Shown: positions 1-10,519 of the stretch, piece after piece | How the letters are laid out: each line of letters begins with the position of its first letter | Numbering within the stretch: position 1 is the first letter of the stretch | Assembly (NCBI GenBank): GCA_002633005.1 | Contig: NMRA01000419.1 | Span: forward strand, 335,455 to 399,454 | Length of the DNA stretch: 64,000 bases | DNA from: Phoronis australis | Taxonomy: Eukaryota > Animalia > Phoronida | Reading direction: 5' to 3' | The notes under the pieces: generated by a model | Told to the model about the DNA's origin: nothing | Databases searched by the model: none | Seen by the model: only the letters and a program-made list of their open reading frames with translations | Translations under genes and position numbers: made by a program

Positions 1-3000
1 ATGAAGCAGACGTGCAGGAAGGCAAGACCAAGGCAAAGAGAGCTGTGATTGGCTCAGATGATGAACAGGAAGCTGGTGAGAAAGAGGCTGCACCAGTGGC
101 AGACGATCAAGTTATTCCAGACTTGTCTGATGAGGAAGATGATGACAAAGTCAACAGAGAGTAAGTAGGGGATGGGTGATGTGTAAACAGAGAGTAAGTA
201 GGGGATGGGTGATGTGTAAACAGACAGTAAGTAGGGGACGGGTGATGTGTAAACAGACAGTAAGTAGGGGACGGGTGATGTGTAAACAGACAGTAAGTAG
301 GGGATGGGTAATGTGTTACAGATATGAATCAAAGTAGAGAGTAACAGGACAACCCAAAAGAAATCAGTCAAATGATAGGAATCCATCATCATGATAGCTT
401 CCTAAAAGGGAAACACTAAATTTACTGGGCAGGTGTAGTAGCCGTCCGTCATGGCTGGCAATTTAGTGGAAAGTTGACATTAGTGGAATCGCTATTCTAT
501 TTTTAGAATATTGCCATGATAACTGGTCACTTTTGCAGTAAGTAAAATTATCTATCATGATGGAGAAACACTGTTTTGTCTGATTACTGTTAGTGCACCT
601 TGTAATTCATTGTTTCTTTGATCGGGGCGACATTTCAGGTCATTTTTACATATGAGCTGTTGAGCACTCGATCTTATTACTGGGGTTAAAGTCATACAGA
701 GTAGAAATTGCTTTACGGTTTTTTCAAACTTGATTCATGATTTCTCACATTTTTTGAGGATGGTAGTGGCACTACCTAGGATGGTTTGGGGAAATATTTC
801 TATGTGCAGGGGTGATGTCCTGTATGGTGGCTGTGTGTTGGAATACTTCTTCTAACATTTTATTCCTGCTTACAGTACACGACTAAAGTTATCAGACAAA
901 ACACCGTTTTCCCGTCATAACAGCAAATTCTGTTAACAGCAAAAATGACTGATAGTAACCATCAAGAGGGGTATCTTCTAATCGCAGAATGGTTGAGTCA
1001 CCTTACTAACGTTCCTGTTAATTCCACGTCATTCTCTGTCGTGATGATAGATTACTCCGAGGGTCGTGACGGGAAATTCCGTGTCATTTTGTTTGAATAC
1101 TTTAGGCTTGTACTGTAACTATGGCTTTTCACAAATGCAGGCTGTATGAGATTCCCCCATCTAGCTAATAGTAAACTTTCCATTAGGTCTTATCCAGCCA
1201 GGCAGAGAAAATTTTTTTTTGGAATAATGCGTGGTATGAGTTATCTGAAGGTCGGAGTGCTCACACTAAAACACTCATTCCGCAGAACTTTGAACAAACA
1301 TGTGACTAGTGCAAGTTTTACCATATGTCTGTCATAATTATTAAGACATGAAGAAATGTAATGACCTGATGGGGTCGTACTGCTCAGGTTTGCATGAACA
1401 CTGTCCTATAGGTGGCTCTCAAGTTAGCATCCAATAGCAACATCATGTGGAACGGTGTATAACTCAGGCTTCAGAATAACATTGTATCTTTATGTTCCAG
1501 GGACTTTGTGTCCGACTTTGACCTAATGATGCAACGAAAGAAGGAGGAAATGGGAAAGAGACGGCGCAAGCGGAAAGACGTTGACATCATCAACGACAAT
1601 GATGACCTCATCGTTGACCTAATTAGGAGGATGAAAGAGGCAGCTGAGGTAGAGTGCAGACCAGTCACTTACATTGACATGTGATGATTTTACTAGTTAG
1701 ATAATTATACTATCAATAAAATTAGCATTATGTAGAAACTTGTCTACAAGTATGTACATTTAGCCAAATATCTACAAACTATTGAATTTGGCAGCAAAAG
1801 TTTACATTTTCTGAAAGTAGAAATTCCATAGAATTCAATTTTTGACTTAATACCAATCTATCATTAATTGGTGTTGGGAATGTGCTTATGTCATGAAATT
1901 AAGTAATAAGGAAATGTACCTTCATAGCAAAACAACAAAATCAATGACATGATGAGCAAATTTTATATAAAATGTTAAAGGTAAAAATCACAAAACAGCT
2001 GTTAAGTTTTTTAAATTATCATTTTGTTTTTGTTTTATGCAATTTAAGTTGTTTTCATAAAAATTATGATTGTGAAACTGTTGCATCAGTAGATATTTTC
2101 AATGTTTTATGAGCTGCCATGTCTTAATATTTCAGAAACATGTATTTAACACTGAAATCATCCATGTCCCAATCTTCATGATCAAGAAAAATAATTTTCA
2201 GCTTGAATTTTGGTGTCCCAAATTTTAGAGACTGTCTCAATCTAGAGAATTTTTACCGTAATCCTGAGGTTATGGTGACCATGTGTCAAATGTTTTCCAA
2301 GCCGAACTTAAATGTTTCGTTTAAAGAAAGCATTGTCCACTTATGTTTGAAGTCAAAGGAACACAAGATGTGTGTCAGTGAATGTTTTTGAAGAAAATCA
2401 ATTATTTTTCCTTTGGTACTGTTAAACGTGGGCATGCATGTTTTTACTTTCCTATTTTTTTTCTTAATTTTTAATATCCATGTTTCATTTTCTGACTACA
2501 TTTAATAAATGTTTTCACATGCTTTCAACAGGAAGACAGAGAACTGAACAAAGTGAGAAAACCTGCCTTAAAGAAATTAGCCATGCTGCCTGAGGTGAAA
2601 TCACAGCTTATTAAGTAAGTTTCTAAACCTTGTTATGGAGAACATTTTGCTGGCTTGTGGCCTTTTTGTTTCTATGAACGCATCATCTGACTTCAGATGG
2701 CACTAGTTCACTGCAGCTGGAGTGTGTAGTTGATAGCAATTTTGTTGTTGATCAATTCTTTAGTTGCTGCTGCAATCCAGGTGGAACAATTTACTTGTCA
2801 TTCTTTTCATTTCAGATCTGGTATACACATAGCCTTTCTAGAGTGTGGCATCCTAACAGCAATAACAGTAAGTTGAAGCAGAATACTGAGGCAATTGTGT
2901 TTGGCTTGTTGACAATGTTTTTCACTTTTTCGTTGCCTCCTTTGTCTGAATGAAAAACAAACATTCAGCCGTTTTAAATTTTTATGCCTCCTTTACCTGT

Positions 3001-6000
3001 TGTTGCTGTCTGTAGCTTTAGATCGGTTTGTGAAAAATTTGTTCCTTTTCTTTTAAGCGTTTTGCGGACTTGTATAAACCTGTCTTCCATGATAAAACTA
3101 ACTTTTGCTTAAGAACCTTAATTTGCAGCTATGAACTCAAAATTTTCCTTACTTAAGTAAATTATGCCAAGGTGCTTTCAGGTGCCTGTTTCTTTTTAAA
3201 GTCTATAGCCAAAAGCTGATTTTATGTCTTTTGGCTTTTAGTCTGCTTCCAAATAGGCTACAGATTTCTGTCTTCTTGCTTTGAGTTGTAGACAGGTTTT
3301 CTGACTTTTAGCCGTAGCTTGATTTTTTTGGTCTCAAGTAATAAAATAGTTCAGATCATACTGAAGCTTGCCTTGAAAAAAAGCAGATGGTGTGACTGTA
3401 TTATGTGCAAGTTGGCGATATATATGTATGTATGTATTACTGGTTACCAGTAGGTTATAATGACTTTCAGTGTATTACACGCAAGTACTGGTTACCAGTA
3501 GGTTATTATGTCTTTCGCTGTATTACATGCAAGTACTAGTTACCAGTAGGTTATAATGTCTTTCACTGTATTACACGCAAGTACTGGTTACCAGTAGGTT
3601 ATAATGTGTTTCACTGTATTACATGCAAGTACTGGTCACCAGTAGTTTATAATGTCTTTCACTGTGTTACACGCAAGTTCATGACTCTAGACACTAATTA
3701 TGTCTTTCATTGTATTACATTCATTGTGCTTGTTTATGACATCTTGTCACTCCATTGCAGGAATGGTTGGCACCTCTTCCTGACAAAAGCCTTCCTCATT
3801 TGCAGATCAGAGAATTTTTACTTAAAATACTGGGAGAGGTAAGAAACAGTTAAGGGCTCATCCAGCAAAATCCGTATGGGGGGACGGCGGTAGAAATAAA
3901 AATTCATGGGTGGTGGTTTCCAGAAAAAAGCTCAAATTATGGGTGGTCATTCTAAGAAGTGAAGCATTAAAACTGGATGGTATTTTTTGACCTGTCAATG
4001 TTGACTGGTTGGTATTTTCATCCAAACACATCTTAAAAGAAAAAACAACTCATCAAACATTCACTTGGCAAATACCCTATCACATCCCAAAACATCAAAC
4101 AAGCCCATGTTGCCTGTGTACAGAGTGCAATATGTACTCTAAGCCATTAATCAAGTCGTGAGCAACTTGATTATGAACACATGTTCAACTCCAGTCATAT
4201 TAGAATGAAACTGGTGTTAACACACATAAGAAAATTGATGATTTTTAAATAAAAATTATGATGAGTAAGATAGACAAGTTCTAATATTCACTTGACATAG
4301 CAGTATAAAAGAGTTCGTGGAGACTGTTTGAGATTCATAGACCCATGAAATTGAAAAAACCTTTATTGAAATTACAGACACATGGTGAACAGAGACACCT
4401 AGTGGCTACCAAAAGTATTGCTCACAGGTGTCTTTGAAAAGCAAGTTTCTGGTAACTGATATGAGTAGTGATCTCACATGGAATTTTTCTGCACCCACAA
4501 AAACTTTGTGGTCGGTCCGTCTGTCATTATCCTTTCTTGTCCATCAATTATCTCAGGGCTGTTCCAGCAAAATCTGTGTGGGAGGGGGGGGAAGGCAACT
4601 GAAATAAAAATTTATGGGTGGTTGCGTTTGATTTAAATTCAAAATGGCTGGTGGTCGTACTTCAAAAAAATAAAAATTTACAGGTCGTTGTTGTTTCATT
4701 GGGCCATAAATGTTTGATGGTGGGTAATTTTAGTAAATTTTATAAACAATCCGCACAGAATCAAAAACTGAAACAAAAATGCAACTTGCAAAAAGCTCCA
4801 ACTTTTTCACTCCCTCCGATCTCCTCATCGGCATGCCCATAACACCATTTAACCACAGGTGCTCGAATTTCTCGATGGCTAATAACCATATATAAGAAAC
4901 ATATGTTTTCTTAGTTATGAATGACATTAGTGGTGATGGAGGAACAGATAAACTCATGTGCCTGTGCAGTCAACCACAAGAACAAAAAAAATTACAGGTG
5001 GTTGCATTTCAAACTTATAAAAAATTACGGGTGGTAGGCTGAAGAAATAAATGAAAAATATGGGTGGTGGGTGAGAAAAAAAGGTGCCTTGCCCCCTCCC
5101 ATACAGATTTTAAGAACGGCTTGGTGGATCATGATGAAATTTGGTATATACTAGGTACTTGGCAAGGATGCGGCTGCACCAGTCGATTTCCGGGCGGGTT
5201 TGGCAACCATGGTACCCCATGTTGGCCGCTTAAGTTTTCGACAAGCCATTCCTTGTATGTTATCACAAAAGCTGCTTCACTGATCACTGACAATGAAAGT
5301 TGAAATAGAAGTATATCGCAAGAATGTGCCGGCACCAATCAATTTTTGGACGCTGGATATAACTACTGTGGCACTCCGTTAGTTTTTGACAAGACAGGTT
5401 GATTATCTCAAAAAGTGCTAGACACAACTGGAAATTTGGCTCAAAAATATATAGCAGGGATGGATGCATTGACAGAAGTCATTTTCATTTTGATTCGACC
5501 ACCGTCTTGGCTAATTTAGTTTTTGACAATATTGGACAAGACAACTAGTTCTTGTCTGTCAATCATCTAAGTTCTGTACAGGTCATCCTGGATGCAATTT
5601 GTTTGCAAGTGTTGGATTTTATATTTTAACCTATTAATTAAACAATTATGGGTCATGGGTTGGAGAAATAAATAAAAAATATGGACGGTGGGTATGAAAT
5701 AAAAGTGCCTCCCCTCCTCCCATACAGATTTTGCTGGAACAGCCCTTACTGTGTAGTCTTGACTTGAGCTTTGATACACAAGTGTTTCTGTAACCCCTAG
5801 TTCATTATTATTATGATTATGATTATTATTTTGATTATTATTATTAGTGGAAAGGGGCCATTGCCTGGACAGCTGAAATGAGGGATATGGATGGATGTTG
5901 TATTTGCCTCTCTTGATGATTGGCTGTCCCTTGGCATAAGCCAGACGTCCGGAGGTTACCTGGTAACTGTGTGTGTGATAAAATATTCTTGAACTGTACG

Positions 6001-9000
6001 CAGTAGTACTGTGATTGTTGAATGTGAACACAAAGTTGATTTTCTGCTTATTGGATGCTCTGACTGTTTTGTTGCAGTTTCCATCCATTGGTAGTGATGC
6101 CCTCAAGACAAGTGGAGTGGGTAAGGCTGTCATGTACGTGTACAAGCACCCACGCGAGGTGAAGAGTAACAGAGACAAGGCGGGAAAACTAATCAGTAAG
6201 CTATTGGCTAGATGTCGTTGAAAAAGCCTGCAACTTTTCTAAAACAAAGAATTCGTTTATCAGTGTGTTGTAACTAGGCCATGACAGTGTGTTAATGAAC
6301 ATTTACAATTGCTGCATTCCATTCATTTTCAGTGAAGACTTGTTACTAATAAGCTGCTTTGCTACATTTGATTGTTTAATCTTTGTGGAGAAAAATATAT
6401 TTGTTATGTCCTTAATATATCTAGACTGAGTAAATGTGCAGACAAGCTGTGTAGCCAGTATTCTATCCACTTTTTAAACTTACGTTTTACAGATGAATGG
6501 TCAAGGCCAATATTTGACAAGATGTGTATCCACTTTTTAAACTTATGTTTTACAGATGAATGGTCAAGGCCAATATTTGACAAGATGTGTATCCACTTTT
6601 TAAACTTATGTTTTACAGATGAATGGTCAAGGCCAATATTTGACCTCACATCAAACTACAAATTGTTATCCAAAGAAGAGCGTGAAAAACGAGACTACGA
6701 TCAGTTGCCTAAGAAAAGAAGGATGAGGTAGGTACATTGTGGACGTGTGTCACAAATTAAGGTGGAATGTGACAAAAGATTCGCTTAGACTGAGTTAAAG
6801 TTAGTGTTGTACAAATATTATGTATGCTGATATTAGTTAAAGTATTGTACAAACATTATCTCTGCTGAATATTAATTAAAGCATCCAATTCACTATGTTC
6901 TAATTGTTCTTGACTAGAAACGATTGTTGTCTTTTATAAAGTCAGTGTTTCCTGTTTTATCAGTCTCCCACTTGTTTATACATGTGCTATTATTATGTGA
7001 TCAGGTTGTATGGATTGTTACCAAGGAGATCAAGGTTATAGTTATTTTGCCTTTGGTGGACATTGACGGGTTAACACTGTCTTTGAACACTTGACCGCAC
7101 ATCATGCTCTGATTTAGATACAACGTAAAGGTTACCTGTCTTAGCATTTAAAATGCCTGCACAGTTTACACTGTCCTTTACTGCAAAGTATCTGAAATGC
7201 AACGCGAGGATTCTCTAAAAGTGTCCTATCAGAAGATAGTGTTAATCTGTTGTCCAGTATGTTTGTGTTCGTTCCTCTTGTTAATATTTATTTACTGTTA
7301 TCAACATTTTGTCTCTAGTCTTTCTACATGAATTAATCATCGTACAATATTTAATGTTAATGAAATCATAATTATGTGTTTTTGTTAATTAATTCCGGGG
7401 ATGTGAGTTAATGGTTTTGTTGTTTAGTTTTTCCTGTATTACTTAAAAGTGACTCACTTGTGCAAGTATTTAATACTAATTGCTAGTCTTTACTATCTGG
7501 TTTTCAGCAGTGACGGTGGTGCCACACCAAGGCGAGATATTGACAAAGAATTGACTGGTGAAAAAAGGTAAGCCAACAGGTCAAACCATTTATAGCTTGC
7601 AATGTCATGAAAGTGTGATGCCATTTTTTACTTTCTGGATTACTTTCCCTCCCTTTGTATTGTTTCGTAAAGTATTTTAAATTGACTTTAATTTGATTTG
7701 ACTCCGGTTGACATTGTTGTCTTTAATTTTTCATGCAGGCAGTCACTTTCCTTGGAATTTTTTTATTTTTGTACTATTCCCTTTAAATAAAGTTAATCTT
7801 TGCAAAACTGCTAAAATCAGCCAAGGAATTTTGTGATGAATGGCATCTCATGAAATGAAAAGCCTAGCATGTTGAATCTCTTGCGTTGCCACGCATGTTT
7901 CATAGATGCGAGAACATTCAAGACTTGGCGAGGTATCTCCATGTATTTACAAGCAAAGCATGTTATCATACCAGCTACATCGAGTCTTGCATCTACGAAA
8001 GTCGGCTCAGATCTCATGTCTGACTACTGCAACTTAATGATATCTTGTGAATATGATAGTAAAACATCTGGCTCCTTGGAACACTTAACGAGAGCTGTTG
8101 TTGTCAGCTGTTTAGTTCATTGACCCTTGTAAATAAATGCACAGTAAGTTGGACATGCAGAAGTCAAAGTTCAGCAGTCTAGTTTTTCTAGTCGGTGCAG
8201 GCAAGCCTTCAGATAAGTCGGATTTCGCCATACTCTGATGAAAACTGGGTCAGAAGTGGTTAAAATAAGTTTACTTATTCTCTTCATATGGTTTTTATGC
8301 GCCCACATATTTATATGTGGACGCATTATGCCGTCATCTCCGTCCGTCCGTCCGGCGTCTGCTGCTCTATCTCCAAAACCCTTCGACATACGTTCATGAA
8401 ATTTGGCACATATGTTCCATTCATGAATGGGACGGCATGTGCGAACTTTCGGACGGATCCGACTACCGGTGTGCCCCCTAGTGGCAATTTTAGTTTTTTA
8501 CGCTTACCTTTGTATCTTCAAAAGTCCTGAACGGATTTTCATGAAATTTGGTATGTAGGCACCTATTAGTGAGATGACGCTATCCTACTGTTTTCAGATG
8601 GATTCGACGTAGTTTGCGCCACCTAGTGGCCATTTTTACTGTTTTCGAGTCTGTATTTTTGCGTCCACCCCTCTATCAACCAAACCGCTCAAAGGATGAT
8701 TGTGAAAATTGGCGTGTATGTGCTTACTATAAGGAAGACAGCTGACAATGATTTTCAGACGATTTGGACTACTGTGGCGCCTCCTAGTGGCAGTTTTTTT
8801 TTTTTGCGCCCATGGCTGTATCTCCCAAACCGTTTGCAGGATCTTTACTAAATTTAGCAAGTGTATTTATGTGATGTTGACAACGGACGATGACGACTTT
8901 AGGATGATTCTGATTACCGGTATGCCTCTAGTGGCAATTTTAGTATTTTACATTGACCTCTGTATTTTCTTCAGGTGTGTACTTTGTGTTACTTCGTGAC

Positions 9001-9893
9001 TATGAAGGAAAAGTTCCAAGTAGAAATTTGTTTCTGGCATTCTAATGCTGTGCTAATCTCGTATATTGGTAAATTTGTTTTTAATTCTATGTTTCTGTGG
9101 TGCTTTAAGCAACTGGTGTATAGGATGTGCTTATATTATGAAGATTACTCACATTTTGCCCCTAGCCTATTGAGGAGACAATGACCATGCCTTTCCATTT
9201 TGCAAAGTATGCCCTCTACTGGCCACTTTATGGTACCAATAAACAACCCTAGAAGGATACCGTATGCGGTGCAATCGTGGGCGCATTTCAACGCGCATTC
9301 CCACATTTTCTTATTTCCAGGGCGCTGAGGCCAGGTGACCCAGGCTGGATATACAGAGCACGTGTACCCATGCCTTCCAATAAAGACTACGTGGTCAGGC
9401 CCACATCAAACGTTGAAGAGTCCTTCAGGGTGAGCTATTTATTACATTAAAGTTTGAAAATTATTCTGAGAAATACATTTATTTAAAGAATTTAAACCTG
9501 TACATGTTCATATATTAAATAGATGGCCAACGAGGAACGATTTAAAGCAATGTCATGCAGTCATATATCTTTTTTATTCACGCACATATTATATGTATAA
9601 CAACAACTTTACTCGAGTTGCCACAAAAATAGAATGTCTGAAATAATTTAGAGCTCAATTTCAAGAACTAAGATGTGACTCCGGATCCAGAACATGAATT
9701 CATAGTGCATTAAGCTCCTAAACGCATTCTACACAAAAATAATGGTTTTTCATTTTTCCAGCCTCGATCTGGTGGTAAAAAGGAACTGTCTCGCTATGAG
9801 AAACACAGACGGGCTATGCTGGAACGGAAGAAACTTACCAAAAACCAGAGGGCAGTAGGAATCAGTATTGAAGGCCGTAACATGGCGTTATGA
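1..9893 (+). CDS. IWS1: IWS1 homologue (Spt6-interacting transcription elongation factor, TFIIS N-terminal domain); 5' end lies outside the window
   Basis: Phase-consistent GT-AG exons: <1-160, 1501-1648, 2532-2614, 2816-2867, 3761-3838, 6078-6195, 6619-6727 (alternative acceptors at 6493/6556), 7508-7567, 9321-9429, 9762-9893 (TGA). The translation includes [108 protein letters not shown] and [14 protein letters not shown], all recognisable IWS1 motifs. Confidence 0.95.
152..318 (+). repeat. 33-bp minisatellite (~5 copies) built from the IWS1 exon donor site
   Basis: Unit AACAGA(G/C)AGTAAGTAGGGGA(T/C)GGGTGATGTGTA, with GTAAGT at 161, 194, 227, 260 and 293. Confidence 0.92.
3438..3720. repeat. 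48-bp minisatellite (~5.5 copies)
   Basis: Unit TACTGGTTACCAGTAGGTTATAATGTCTTTCACTGTATTACACGCAAG at 3438, 3486, 3534, 3582 and 3630, with an internal hairpin TACTGG-TTA-CCAGTA. Confidence 0.9.
3854..5745. mobile_element. Cluster or nest of Harbinger/Tourist-like MITE pieces (TIR GGGCTGTTCCAGCAAAATCTGTATGGG) with a HINE-like element
   Basis: Left TIRs at 3854 (after TAA) and 4556. Right TIRs at ~5085-5110 (partial) and 5715-5745 (followed by TTA). GGGTGGT subterminal repeats. A HINE-like head (TTTTCTGCACCCACA..GTCCGTCTGTC) at ~4484 is split by the 4556 copy and resumes at ~5111. Confidence 0.65.
6474..6644 (+). repeat. 63-bp tandem triplication of an IWS1 3' splice site plus exon start
   Basis: TTTTACAG|ATGAATGGTCAAGGCCAATATTTGAC occurs three times, with exon starts at 6493, 6556 and 6619. 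Confidence 0.95.
8292..9314 (+). mobile_element. Non-autonomous Helentron/HINE (DINE-1/pearl-like) element, family A
   Basis: 5' TTTTT then ATGCGCCCAC hairpin (ATGCGCCCACATAT..ATATGTGGACGCAT), a (GTCC)n microsatellite, internal ~140-160-bp degenerate tandem units, and the inverted subterminal repeat GTGGGCGCAT at 9277. Related copies at 36.8, 47.6 and 54.8 kb. Confidence 0.8.
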
Positions 9894-10445
9894 CGAGTCT
9901 ACCAAAGTAAGGCTGATACCAGAGTGACAGTCTATTGGTCAAACTGCTGCCAGAGGTTGAGCTACACAACAATTATTGGTGCGGTGTGTCCCGTGACATG
10001 CCAGTGTTATGTTGGCGGTGCAATGGTGTTATGAGTCCTGATGAGCATGCACTATGCCCAACTGACAAGTGTTCTCGGTCTCCTGCCAAGACTTGTCGGA
10101 TAACATGTGTGCTGTCGTACATAGTTTGAAGTATGGATCGCACGGTGGTTACGACTCTGCCCAGTCAATTCATGGATGCCGTTGAAACAATGAGTTGTGT
10201 ACTCACGACTCTGCAGTTATTGTTGAAGGTGTGGAGGCCTTTATTAGTTAAGAGATTCATGTTCTGAATGTGCCCCGATAATATGTGGCTTTCTGTACAT
10301 TTTTATACATTGCCCGTGTTGTGACGAACAAGAGACCAGTCTTAGGTGTTCGTTTCCTTTGTTATGTTTTTGTAAATTGTAATGATGATACAATTTTGTA
10401 TGATATTTGTGAATAGCTGTTCTGTATTGCAATGTGATGCAAAGA

Positions 10446-10472
10446 AATAAACAATAAATTTTAATGTTTATT
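10446..10472. terminator. Opposed polyadenylation signals for IWS1 (+) and RNASEH2B (-)
   Basis: AATAAA at 10446 and 10453 on +. TTTATT (AATAAA on -) at 10467-10472, about 50 nt past the RNASEH2B stop codon. Confidence 0.55.
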
Positions 10473-10519
10473 TTAGTTACAAGCAATGCATCACACTAAG
10501 CATACAAGGGAGACAACTG

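Noticed and set aside
1340-1490. Possible intronic snoRNA in IWS1
   Set aside because: No convincing C/D pair with a terminal stem, or H/ACA two-hairpin structure, could be established by eye; it would need an Infernal/snoReport scan.
5567-6178. 203-aa minus-strand ORF
   Set aside because: It is antisense to an IWS1 exon and runs through an (ATT)n tract and a MITE end, with no recognisable domain.
10035-10070. Hammerhead-like CTGATGA-GCAT..ATGC in the IWS1 3' UTR (also CTGATGAG at 27150 and CTGACGAG at 14656)
   Set aside because: No GAAA after stem II and no closing stems.
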